Assembly: GCF_018977255.1 (NCBI RefSeq)
Contig: NW_024704742.1
Location: 138,758,001 to 138,822,000, forward strand
Length of the DNA stretch: 64,000 nt
Direction of reading: 5' to 3'
Source of the DNA: Callorhinchus milii
Lineage: Eukaryota
Of this stretch, positions 27,053 through 39,419 are shown one piece after another. The notes under the pieces are model-generated. The model made no database searches, was not told the origin of the DNA, and saw nothing but the letters and a program-made list of their open reading frames with translations. Numbering within the stretch: the first letter of the stretch is position 1; each line of letters begins with the position of its first letter. The position numbers and the translations under genes were made by a program.

Positions 27053-27403
27053 GTAATAATAATACTAATAATTCTTGCATTTGATATAGCACCTTTTATT
27101 ACATCTTTGAGACTTCAAAGCGCTTCACAGAATATATTGTAAAGTGTAGTGACTGTATATTTTGCAGTTAGCTAATTTCGCACAGCAGTATCCCACAAAC
27201 AATCATGGATTGAGAGACCAAATTATTATTATTTTTTAAGAGATTATTAGCCTGGGAAAGCGATCCGCCAATCGACTAACAACCGGCTTCCAACTTACTG
27301 CTAGGGAAACAGAGCCGTGTGGAGTAAGGAAACTTTCCTAAGGAATCAAACCCAGGTCTTCTCGCTTGCGAGGCGAGTGCTCTAACCACAATGCTGCAGT
27401 ACT
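27053..27403 (-). mobile_element. Long-form SINE
   Basis: Reverse complement of head, internal segment and tail. Confidence 0.85.
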
Positions 27404-27556
27404 CTTAAAGAGAAGACACAAACAGCACGCAAACCATGTTGTCCAAGTACCATGAATCTGACATCATTAGAGAGTGGGCTGCGGCTATCAGAGACATTGG
27501 GTGTAGGTGGTAGCACTTTGTTTGCATACAATAACATTTTCCAAATTTTATTTCAG

Positions 27557-27590
27557 GACTAAACTGCATGAGACTAAGCGACAAATAGAG
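27557..27590 (+). CDS. Candidate micro-exon (TKLHETKRQIE) with GC donor
   Basis: Good acceptor attttatttcag|; GAG|gcaaat; open in phase 2 to 0, matching the 36504 exon. Confidence 0.35.
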
Positions 27591-27808
27591 GCAAATTTGT
27601 CTCTCGATTTATTGATATTTTATTGATGTATTAATAAAGTGGATAATTATTTGGGGAGAATGAGTTTGCAGGGCTATGGGGAGAAAGTAGGGGAGTGGGA
27701 TTGAATTGGAAAGCTCCTTTCAGAGAGTCAGCACAGACATGATGGGCCGAATGGCCTCTTTCTATGCTGTAACGTTCTATGATTCTATGATTCAATGAAT
27801 GTGAATCG

Positions 27809-28133
27809 TGGAGTCCTGTAGCTCAGTGGTTAGAGCACTCGCTTTGCAAGCGAGAGACCTGAGTTCAATTCCAGGCAGAAGGCGAAACCTTGGGCAAGTT
27901 TCCTTACTCCACACAGAGCCTAATAATAATCCTCCAAAACCAAAAACAATAAGAAATTGGTCATTTTCAGTCTACGACTGTTTGTGGGACATTGCTGTGT
28001 GCAATTGGTTGCCGCGTTCGCCCACAAATATACAGTCAATTCACTTTACAGTGTGTTCTGTGAAGCGCTTTGGGACGTCCTCCCGACGTGAACAGCGCTA
28101 TATCAAATGCAAGGATTATTATTATTATTATTA
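27809..28133 (+). mobile_element. Full-length short-form SINE
   Basis: Near-identical to other young copies. Confidence 0.93.
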
Positions 28134-28499
28134 ATGTGTATTATCTCTGGAACTCCATCCCACGGTCCCTTGACCTCACTTCCTCCCTTGCCTCCTTCAA
28201 GGCGGGTCTCAAGACCCTTCGCCCGTGCCTTTGGTCTCCCTCCCACCTCTCTGCCTTCCCTCCCCACTACCCCACCCCTCCCCCATGCTCGGGTTCCGAC
28301 ACCTGACTGTTCAGCACTTTGGGACGTCCTCCCGACGTGAAAGGCGCTCTATAAATGTCATTTTGTTGTTGAATCAAGTGTCAGCCTGGTTCATTTGGTA
28401 GCATTCTTGCCTCTGATTCCAGCAGACAAAGTATAGGCTAAGTATAGTTATTATTTCATTTATTTTATTATTCTCAACTCTTCCTTGCCCCTGATCCTT

Positions 28500-28575
28500 T
28501 GCCACCCAGTTGGTCCATTCTTCTCTCTGGCATTGATCCAAACAATGCCAGAGAGAATGGACCAACTGGGTGGCA
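28500..28575. repeat. Near-perfect inverted repeat (33 bp stem, 3 nt bulge, 7 nt loop)
   Basis: tgccacccagttggtccattc[ttc]tctctggcattg-atccaaa-caatgccagagagaatggaccaactgggtggca. Confidence 0.95.
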
Positions 28576-28934
28576 TGAGTGGCATCCCCTCTCCTCCCCC
28601 GCCGTGCCTGCTGAATGAAGGGATGGAGGTTGTCAGGTGTTAAGAGGTCACAGAGGTAGGGAGGAGCATGACCTTGGAGAGCTTGAAAAGTGATCTTCTG
28701 TGTGATGGGAAGCCTGTGGAGCCGGCGAGAGTAGGGGTGATAGGGTCACAGAGCCATGTGCGGGAGAGGACACTAGCTGCAGAGTTCTGGATGATCTGCA
28801 GCTTTTAGAGGGAAGAGTTGGGAAGGTCGACAAGCAGGGAATTGGCAGAATTGAGCCTAGACGTGAATAATGCATGAATGAGGGTCTTGGTGACCCAAGG
28901 GGTCTTGTTGTTGTTGCTCCATGTCCCCCGCTCA

Positions 28935-29722
28935 GCCCTTCGTGCCTGCTCCGCCATTCAATAAGATCATGGCTGATCTTCTCACCTAACTCTGATTACC
29001 TGCCTTATCCCCATATCCCCTAATCCCTCTATTTTTTAAGAATCTATCAGTCTCAGCCTTGAAAATGTTAAAGGACTGACATCTACAGTCTTCACTACCC
29101 TCTGAGTGAAGAAATGTCTCCTCAACTCTGTTCTAAAAGGCTGACCCTTAATTTTCAGACTGTGACCTCTGGTTATAGATTCTCCTCCCGGGGAAACAGT
29201 CCCTTTGTGTCTACTTTATCAGCCCTTTAAGAATCTTATAAGTTTCAATAAGATCTCCCCTAATTCTTCTGTACTCGAGAGAATACAGCCCCAGTTTATT
29301 CAGCCTCTCCTCACAGGTCATCCCAGGAACTAACCGAGTGAATCTACGCTGCACCCCCTCGAGGGCAAGTATGTCCTTTTTTAAATAAGGACCAAAACTG
29401 CACACAATACTCTCGGTGCGGTCTCACCAAAGCCCTATACAGTTGCAGCAAGACTTCCCTACTCTTATATTCTGAACCTTTTGCAATGAACGCTAACTGC
29501 AGTTCGCCTTCTTAGTTGCTGCTGCACTGCAAACTAACTTTTTGGGACTGGTGTACACGGACACCCAAATCCCTTTGAATACTAACTCTATCTAACTTCT
29601 CCCCTTCCAAAAAATAATCTGTTCTTTTATTCTTGCTACCGAGGTGAATAATTTCACACTTGCTAACATTGAATTCCATCTGCCACCTACTTGCCCACTC
29701 CCCGAGCCTATCTATATCCTGT
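28935..29722 (-). mobile_element. Young CR1 3' portion
   Basis: [32 protein letters not shown]; near-identical to 37610-38640 and to 61490-62175 plus 63030-63160. Confidence 0.93.
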
Positions 29723-32270
29723 TGAGGCGAGTGAGGGTGGGAGTGATGTGGTCCCGAAGCCTGGTGCGGGACAGTACACGAGCTGCAGAGTTCTGAATGA
29801 CCTGCAGCTTGCGGAGAGAGGTGCCGGGAAGGCCGGCGAGGAGAGAGTTCCCATAGTCCAACCTTGAGGTGATAAAGGCGTGGACCAGAGTTTCAGCCGT
29901 GTGAGGGGTGAGGTAGTGCCGTAGTCTGGCGATATTCCGGAGGTGATGGAAGGCGGTGCCAGTTGTGGCGCGGATATGAGGGAGAAAGGACAGCTCAGGA
30001 TCAAGCAGAACACCCAGGTTCCTGACTGGCTTTGAGAGGTGGAGAGTGCAGCATTGGATGGTGATGCTGTCAGCGCCTGAAGTGCGGAGGCGCTGACGTG
30101 AGCCAATCGGGAGGGCCTCAGTTTTACGCACATTGAGCTGAAGAAAGTTGTCTCTCGTCAAGGACTCGATGTCGGACAGACAGCTGTCAGGACATCGGGG
30201 GTCATGGAGTTGAGGGTAGAGGAGGAAAGGTAGAGTTGGGTGTCATCCGCATACATGTGGAAGTGAACCCCATGTCTGCGGATGATGTCACCACAGGGGG
30301 AGCATATAGAGGGTGAAGAGGAGGGGACCAAGGACAGAGCCCTGAGGGACACCGCACGAGACAGTGCGGTGGGTGGAGGAAAAGTCGTTCGTGGAAACAA
30401 AGTGAAGACGGTGGGAGAGGTATGACCTAAACCACTCAAGGACAGGGCCTTGAAGGTTGAGGTGGGAGGACAAGCGGTGGAGGAGGATAGCGTGGTCGAC
30501 CGTATTGAATGCTGCCGGTAGGTCCAGGAGGATGAGGAGGCAGAGGGAGCCCTGGTCACAGATGGTCAGGATGTCATTGGTGACCTTGACCAGGGCAGTT
30601 TCTGTGCTATGTACAGCACAGAAATCCGACTGAAGGGGTTCGAATAATGAATGGGTGGAGAGGAAAGAGCGCAGCTGGGAGGCCACAACTCGTTCAAGGA
30701 CCTTGGACAGGAAGGGGAGGTTGGAGATGGGCCGGTAGCTTGATAGCTGCGACGCATCAAGGGAGGGGTTTTTCAAGGTGGGAGTGATGGTGGCAGTTTT
30801 CAAGGGAATGAGAACAGAGCCAGAGGAGAGGGACAGGTTGACGACGTCTGTGATATGTGGGGCAAGAAGGTGGAGCTGGGAGATGAGGAGTGGAGTGGAG
30901 ATGGGGTCAAGGGAGCAGGTGGTGGGTTTCAGGGATAGGATGAGTTTGGTGACAGAGGGTGGGGAAACGGGTACAAAAGTGTGTAGGGGAGGATGGGTTG
31001 GAGTCGGAGTGTGGGAGAGAAGGGGTGGGTGGTGGGTGGAGGTTGGAGGGGAAGTGACCGCGGAGCGGATTCCGTTGATTTTGGATTGAAGGAAATCCAG
31101 CATCTCCTCACAGTGAAGATTGGAGGAGATGACCTGCGCGGAGTGATGGGGGGGATGGAAGAGTCGGGATTTGGTAGAAAACAGTAGCCTGGGGTTGTTC
31201 TTCGCCTCCAGGATTATCCTGGAGTAGAAGGACGACTTGGCCGAGACTGGAGTGGAGCGTTAGGTTTTGAGGAGGTCCAGCCAGATTTGTCGGTGGACCG
31301 TTAGGCCAGATTTGAGGCAGTGCATTCAGCGGCCCGCACCTGGCTCTTCAGTGAGCGGAGGTGGGTGGTGAACCAGGGGGAGGAGCGAGAGTAGGAGACA
31401 GTACGGGAGGTGATGGGGGCAAGAGTGTCGAGTGATTCATGCATTGCAGCAATCGCCAGGTCGAGTGGGGTGACCATGGATGTGAAGGGTGGAATTAATA
31501 TGGAAGGAGCGGTTGTGAGAGGAGAGGAAGGAGAAGTCAGCGGCGGTGGAGTAAGAAGGTTGAAGTGGAGGTTAAAGCCGCCTAAGTTGAGGAGGCTTTC
31601 AGAACTGAGGCAGAGGAAGGTAGGAGGGTGGAGGTGTCAGAGAGGAAGATGGAGGATGGTTTGGGGAGATGATAGACAAGGAGAATATTAAGGGAAACAT
31701 TGAAGATATGATAGAGAGTGAGAAGGAAGGAAATGATGTGGAGGAGTAAGGGCAAAAAATGAGTGAGGACCTGGAGGTATATGATGGAAGCTGTATCTGG
31801 TTGGTGTAGCCTCAGTGAGGGGGAAGGTGTCACCTGGAGTAATCCAGGTTTCAGTGAGGGCCAGGGTAGCAATGCTTTTATTGACAATGAGGTCATGGAT
31901 GGTGAGGGCTTTACTGAAGAGAGAGCGGACATTTTGTAGGGCAATGTGGAGGTGACAATCGGCAGAGGCATGTGTGAGATGAGAGGGGGGAGAGGGAGAA
32001 TTGACAAGGACGGTAGGAATATGTAAAAGAAAGGAGAGGTTCGCTCCCAGGGGCTGGGACCAATGGATATGGGAGATTGGGCAGTCAGTGTGGCTACTAC
32101 TGTATAACCAACAGAGAGTGCCACGGTGAGCCCAACAACGATTCCCAGAGGGAGGCTGTGGGATGGTCAAGTGGGGAAAGGAGGCAAGGAGGATGGTAAG
32201 CAAAGAAGAAGCGAGTGGGAGTAATGGAGGCTAGGCAGCCAAACACACACCCAAGACTAAGAAGGAAAAA
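29723..32270 (-). mobile_element. L2 LINE ORF2 (endonuclease and RT), near full-length, frameshifted
   Basis: [53 protein letters not shown]. Confidence 0.93.
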
Positions 32271-32319
32271 AAATGGAAAATTACTTAGCAATAATCCTCA
32301 AATAAAATCAATCATTAAT

Positions 32320-32892
32320 TTGGCTTTATAAATAGAGGCATCGCTAGTTAGGCCTCAGCTGGAGTATTGTGTCGAATTCTGGGCACCACACTTTTTAAGA
32401 AGGACGTCAGGGGCTTGGAGGAGATTTACAAGAATGGTACCAGGGATAAGAGACAACAATTATGTGTGGAGGCCAAAGAGGCTGGGTTATTCTCCTTAGA
32501 GCAGAGAAGGTTGAGGGGAGATTTGATAGAATTGTTCAAAATGATGAGTGGTTTTGATCAGGAGAAACTATTTCCTCTGATGGCTGGGTTGGTAACCAGG
32601 GGACACAGATTCAAGATAATTGACAAAAGAACCAGACAAGGAGAATTTTTTTTAACCCAGAGAGTTGTTATGTTCTGGACTACACTGTCTAAAAGGCTGG
32701 TGGAAGCTGTTTGTTAGGTCAGGGGATCAAAAAGGTTTCAGAAGGGAATTAGATAGGTACTTTAAAAGGAAAAATGTGCAGGGCCATGGGGTAAGAGCGG
32801 GGGAGTGGGACTAGTTGACAGCTCTTTCAAGGAGTCAGCACAGGTACGATGGACCGAATGACCTCATTCTATGCTTCTATGATTCTATTATT
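32320..32892 (+). mobile_element. CR1 3' end fragment
   Basis: GLFSLEQRRLRGDLIE, TRGHRFKI, ttctatgattcta tail. Confidence 0.88.
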
Positions 32893-34206
32893 CTACTTCA
32901 AGGATGTTTATGGGACATTTGTGTGTGCAAACTGATTGCCTACGAAATATACAATCATTTCACTTAACAGTGAATCCTGTGAAGCATTTTACTACATCCG
33001 CCTGATGTAAAAGGTGTAATATCCTATGTAAGGATTAATATAATAATGGGGTTGGCTATGTTTCTATTGCTGGGTGAAAGTAACAAAACTAAAATGGTCA
33101 TGGAACAGAATCCGAGCCTGAAATGATAGGTCATTCAAGTCAAAGAGATCTTCCTTGTTGATTCAGCCACACGTTCCATTTCACTGATTGACTACCAATT
33201 CTCTTCTGTCTCTGGGGCCTGCGGAGTGGGGAGAGGAAGTCATTTTTTTAGTACTGAAATCAGGAGGCAGTTTTTCACCCAAAGTGTTGTGGGAATCTGA
33301 ATCTGGAACTCTCTCCCCCAAAAGGCTGTGGATTATGGCTGGATCCATTCACATTGTCTGGACTGAGGTGGAGAGATGTTTGTTAGGTCAGGGGACCCAG
33401 GGATATGGGGCAAAGGTGGATAATTGGAGTTGAGGTACAGATCAGCCATGGTCTTATAGAAAGCAAGGGTATGGGGAAAGAGCGGGGGAGCAGGACTGTT
33501 TGGGTAGCTCTTCTAAAGAGCTGGCACAGGCACAATGGACCAAATAGAGTACTTCTGTGACGTAATATTCTATGATTCTATGAATGGTGAAACATGCTTG
33601 AAGGGCTGAACGGCCTACTCCTGTTTCTATGTTGTATGGAAACTAAACACACAAAGATGGGAATGTCAGACCAAAAGGCATTAACGTCTTAACCTACCTC
33701 AGTTGGTAGTACACTTGGTTAATAATAATAATTCTTGCATTTGATATAGCGCTTTTTACGTCTTCTCGACGTCTCAAAGCGCTTCACAGAATAGACTGTA
33801 AAGTGAATTGACCGTATATTTGTGGGCGATATGTATATATTGACCATAGGTTTGTGGGTTCAGTAATCGTATCCTTACTCTGCCAATTCTCTGCTTGTAT
33901 TAATGTGGGCAGCCCAGAAAGTTTTCTTTCTTGATTGACATTGAGGCCTGAGGCTAAGTAGAGGCACCACTATGGGTGAATGTTGCTCCCTGTGGGTTTA
34001 ATAAAACAGCAATGGTTGTTCCCACTAAATAACAGCTTCTAACGTAGCATAAGGTTAGTATAATGTCCCAAATCATTTACAGAGCTAGAGTGGGAGCTCG
34101 AGCTAGGTGAGAGATAGTGGGAAAGTGGCCAAAACCAAGTCAAGATTGAAAAGTAAGTGGGAAGCACATTTTAACCCTTATGTACCCCCAAAATAACTCT
34201 ATGTTA

Positions 34207-36290
34207 TATAATCATAATAATCCTTGCATTTGATATAGGGCTTTTCATATTTTCTAGATGTCTCAAAGCACTTCACAGAATATACTGTAAAGTGAATTGA
34301 TTGTATATATTGTGGGTGAAACGTGGTAGCCAATTGCGCAAAGCAGTGTCCCACGAACAGCCGTGGAATTGAGTGACCAACATTTTTTTGAAGGATTACC
34401 CCCAGAAAAGCGAACCTCCAATCGACTAATAGCAACAACAGCTTATATTTATATAGTGCACTTCACATGGGTAGGATCCCGGAGTCTTGACAGTGGCGGA
34501 GTCTGACCCCGAGCCAGGGGGAGAGGGAGGGGGAGGTGACCGTCAGCACGATCAAAAAGGAAAGTCTTTAGGCGGGAGTTGAAGGTGGGGAGGGATGGGG
34601 CAAGGCGGAGGGATTGAGGGAGAGAGTTCCAGAGCTTCGGGGAGTAGTGGCTGAAGGCGCGGCCACTGATGGTGGAGCGGAGGGGACGAGGGACAAACAG
34701 GAGGCTGTATCCAGCTGAGCAAAGGCCGCGGGTGGGGCAGTGGGGGTGAGCAGGTCGGGGAGGTAGGGAGGGGCGAGGACATGAAGGAATTTAAAAATGA
34801 ATGATAGGATCTTAAAGTCAACCTGTTCAGTAATTGGGAGCCAGTGGAGCCTGGCAAGGACTGGGGTGATGCGGAGACAGAGTTTTGTGCGGGTGAGAAT
34901 CTGGGCAGTGGAGTTCTGAATTTGTTGTATTTTGTGTGTGGTGGAGCTGGGGAGACCAACGAGGAGGATATTGGAATAGTCCAGCTGGGAAGTTAGGAAG
35001 GCGTGGATGACGGTTTTGACTGCTTTTTGTTGTGAGGTACAATCAGAAGTGGGCAATGTGGTGCGGGTAGAGGAGGGTGTTCCTGGCCAGGGAATGGATG
35101 TGTGGTAGAAAGGAAAGCTACAGATTGAACTTAACGCCTTGATTGCGCACGGGTTCGGTGAGTCTGAGGGAGAGCCCAGGGAGGTTGAGAAGTTTAGATC
35201 CCCAAGAGGGAAGTTGTTAACGGGAGCCAAGGGTATGGCTTCCATCTTGCCGACATTCAGCTGCAGGAAATTTGTGCTCATCCAGGCCTGATGTCCGTCA
35301 AACAAACGGACAGGACATCAGTGGACTGACTGAGAGTCGCAGCTACAGTAGATTTGTGTTGTCAGTATACATGTGGAAGTTTACTCCATGTCTCCGGATG
35401 ACATCACCGAGAGGGAACATATAGATGAGGAAAAGAAGGGGACTAAGGAAAGAGCCTTGGGGTAGCCCACAGGTGACCGGGTGGGGGCCGGAGGAGTAAC
35501 CGTTTGCCAAGGTGTTTTAAGAGGGAGTGGGACAGAGTCTGAGGAGAGGGATTGGTTGATTGTGTCAGCCATCAGTGGGCAGATGAGGGAGATTTGGGTG
35601 ACCAGAAGCTGGATGGGGAAGTGCTTAAGATCGCAGGTGGTGGGCTTCATCTTGGTAATGGTGGGGGAAAAGGAAGCAAGAGAGCTGGACGCAAATGAGT
35701 GTAGGGTGGGGGCCGTGGAGGAGAGGCTGGTGAAGAAGGCATGGGGAAGGAACCTTGAGAGAAAGAGCGGTGGAAGGTATGAAGAGGCTAGAGCTACAGT
35801 TGGAGGTGAACCGTGAGGCCGGTTTTGTGCCATCTGCGCTCGAGAAACTGGCTTTGGGATTTGAGGGAGTGGAGTAACTGTTGTGCCGGGGGAGCGGGTA
35901 GGTTTGCTGATGGTCCTGGATTTCAGGGGGACAAAGGAATTGAAGGTGGAGGAGAGGCGATTGTTCAGCACCTTGACGGCTGCATCAGGATTGCTGTGGG
36001 TGGAAGGCCAGAGGGAGAGAAGGTCCGAGGATGAGAGGGCATTTCTGAGGGACTCAGGTGGAAGCTTTTTCCATGGGTGGAAAAAGATGATGGAAGGCTT
36101 GGAGATGTTGGAGGAGAGGGAGATGAGGAAGTAGTCAGAGATGGACTTGTTGTGATGGACAGCCCAGGGTTCCTATTTACTGCTAGGTAAACGGAAGCAT
36201 GTGGAGTAAGGAAACTTGCCTAAGCTTTCATCCTATCCAGTAATCTCGCTTATGAGACGAGCGCTCTAACCACTAAGCTACAGGACTCCA
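34207..36290 (-). mobile_element. Long-form SINE split by an older L2 (~34432-36160), all on minus
   Basis: SINE head 36290-36165, body 34430-34207; insert has WMSTNFLQLNVGKMEAI and LARLHWLPITEQVDFKIL. Confidence 0.85.
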
Positions 36291-36503
36291 GCAGATGTGA
36301 GCTGAGATTCCTGTAACCAAGTGTCCAGAGCTGAGATTTGGAAGATGAATGCCCGATCCAGCTAGATAAGTGGCAGTATTGATGATGCGCATGGGACAGT
36401 GTACACAGAACATCAAGGTAAGGGTGCTTAAAAATGTCAGTCCCCAATAACTTGCAGTAGAATCAATTAAATTTTATGGTGTATGCTGTTTGATTTTTCA
36501 TAG

Positions 36504-36540
36504 GATGAATCCAACTTACTCGGTGAGAAATCTCAAGAAG
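36504..36540 (+). CDS. 37 nt micro-exon (DESNLLGEKSQE-G)
   Basis: Strong sites tttgatttttcatag| and AAG|gtaaga; phase 0 to 1; peptide resembles DEANLGEKMSDE at the start of the large exon. Confidence 0.6.
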
Positions 36541-37221
36541 GTAAGATATTAGAATAGAGTTAAAAAATGAAATGTGTGGAGTTAATTACTTAGAAGTAAA
36601 GGTTGCAAGAAGTATGCATAAGAGTAAGGGAAATGGAACTTAAAAAACCTCCATTATCCATTAAACTAACAGCCTGGACCCAAAGACTAGGAACATAGGA
36701 ACAGGAGGAGGCCATTCAGCCTCCTGTTTTTACATTTTAGGTAACGTCATAATAAAAAAAAATTAAAAAACAATGTCCTGGCAGCCCCTGTCACTGCCCC
36801 CAGCCATGAGCACACAGCCTGCGGCTGATGCCGTCCCACTGATCGCTTACTCCCGGTCTTTTGGTGCAAGTTTTGGCTGCCGCCCTGACCCGAGCCTCCC
36901 CCTCCCCCTCCACTCCAAATGTCTCTCCTCCCACCCACCTCTACCCGCTACTCCCCCTCCTTCCTTCTCTCCCACCGCCCTCCCCACCTTCTCTCTCTCC
37001 TCGACCCCATCACCACTTCCCTCTGCTCCAGCCTGGGCATCCTCTGCTGGACCCATCGTGGCTCCCGGCAATGGCTGTCCCAGAGCAGCCACCCCACGTG
37101 TCCCATCATTCACTCCCTCCGCTCAAACCGCCTCCTTAAGGCAAACCCAACTCCCCCCTCTCTCATACGTACCCTCCCCAACTCTCCACTCCCCCCATTC
37201 TCCACAAACTCCACAAAAAAA

Positions 37222-38678
37222 AAATTTTTTTGAGGATGTATCCAGGAGGTTGGATAAGGGGGAACCAGTAGATGTGGTATATTTGGATTTTAGGAAGGCA
37301 TTTGACAAGGTGCCACCCAAAAGGCTGTTACTCAAGATCAAGGCCCACGGGATTAATGGGAAAATATTAACATGGATAGAAGAGTGGCTATCGGGTAGAA
37401 AGCAGAGAGCAGTGATAAACGGATCATTCTCGAATTGCAGGATGTGACTAGTGGAGTGCCACAAGGATCAGTGCCTCGGCCTCAGCTATTTACCATTTAC
37501 ATCAATGATCTGGACGAGGATATTGAATGTAATGTGTCTAAATTCGCGGATGATACTAAACTACGGAGCAGAGTGAGCTCTCAGGATGATGCAAAAAGAT
37601 TGCAACGGAATATAGATAGGCTCGGGGAGTGGGCAAGTAGGTGGCAGATGGAATTCAATGTTAGCAAGTGTGAAATTATTCACCTCGGTAGCAAGAATAA
37701 AAGAACAGATTATTTTCTGGAAGGGGAGAAGTTAGATAATGTTAGTATTCAAAGGGATTTGGGTGTCCTTGTACACCAGTCCCAAAAAGTTAGTTTGCAG
37801 TGCAGCAGCAACTAAGAAGGCGAACGGCAGTTAGTGTTCATTTCGAAAGGTTTAGAGTACAAGAGTAGGGAAGTTTAATAATAATAATCCCTTCAAAACC
37901 AAAACAATAATAAATTGGTCATTTTCAATCTACGAGTGTTTGTGGGACATTGCTGTGCGCAATTGGCTGCCGCGTTCGCCCACAAATATACAGTCAATTC
38001 ACTTTACAGTGTGTTCTGTGAAGCGCTTTGGGACGTCCTCTCGACCTGAAAAGCGCTATATCAAATGCAAGGATTATTATTATTATTATAACTGTATAGG
38101 GCTTTGGTGAGACCGCACCGAGAGTATTGTGTGCAGTTTTGATTTCCTTATTTAAAAAAGGACATACTTGCCCTCGAGGGGGTGCAGTGTAGATTCACTC
38201 GGTTAGTTCCTGGGATGAGAGGACTGACCTATGAGGAGAGGCTGAATAAACTGGGGCTGTATTCTCTGGAGTACAGAAGAATTAGGGGAGATCTTATTGA
38301 AACTTATAAGATTCTTAAAGGGCTGATAAAGTAGACACAGAGGGTCTGTTTCCCCGGGAGGAGAATCTATAACCAGAGGTCACAGTCTGAAAATTAAGGG
38401 TCAGCCTTTTAGAACAGAGTTGAGGAAACATTTCTTCACTCAGAGGGTAGTGAACTTATGGAATTCACTCCCCCAGAAGGCTGTAGATGTCAGTCCTTGA
38501 ACATTTTCAAGGCTGAGACTGATAGATTCTTGAAAAATAGAGGGATTAGGGGATATGGGGATAGGGCAGGTAATCAGAGTTAGGTGAGAAGATCAGCCAT
38601 GATCTTATTGAATGGCGGAGCAGGCACGAAGGGCCGAATGGCCTACTCCTGCTCCTAATTCTTATGTTCTTATGTTCT
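37222..38678 (+). mobile_element. Young CR1 RT and 3' UTR with SINE 3' half inserted (~37877-38090)
   Basis: [31 protein letters not shown]; tail (cttatgtt)n. Confidence 0.93.
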
Positions 38679-38689
38679 TATCTCTCCTG

Positions 38690-39415
38690 TACACCCCCAA
38701 ATCCTCTCTGCATCACTCTCTCCTCCCTCCACCTCTTCAGCAAACCCACCTGCATTTCTGTTCAAAATGTCCGTTCCGTCTCAAACAAAGCCATGACCAC
38801 CCATGACCTCATCCTGGACGAGCACCTCGACATTCTTGGGCTCACAGGAACCTGGCTGTCCCAAATGACCCCGTCCCCCGAGTGGAAGCCTCCCCTCCAG
38901 GCTACACCTTCCACCACACTCCCCGTCCAAACCAACACGGTGGCGGGGTGGCCCTCATCTCCAAAGCCTCTCTTGGTCTCATCCCCTACTCCTCTGGCTG
39001 CTTCCCCTCCTTCGAGCACCTCACCCTCTTCCACCCCTCTCTCCCACGGAAAATCCTCCTCGTCTACCCCCCCACTGAGGCCCCCGGCTCCTTCCATACA
39101 GACATCTCCACTCTCTTCTCTTCCCTGTCCCTCTGATCCGAACGCCTCTCATAATGGGCGACTTCAACCTCCACCTAAACTCCCCTTGCACCACTTCTTC
39201 TGCCTTCACTGCCCTCCTCTTCTCCCTAAACCTCACCCTTCACATAAACTCACCCACCCACAACCGTGGCCGTGCCCTCGACCTCGTCATCACCCACGGC
39301 CTTGACATTCCCGACCTTAGCATAATGGACAAGGCCATCTCAGACCACTTCCTCATCTCCTTCTCCTCTCACATCCCTCTCTCCTCCACCAAGCCCTCAA
39401 CCATCCTCTACCCCC
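38690..39415 (+). mobile_element. L2 endonuclease fragment
   Basis: QNVRSVSNKA, GGGVALI, MGDFNLH, LDLVITHG, ISDHFLI. Confidence 0.85.
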
Positions 39416-39419
39416 TGAG

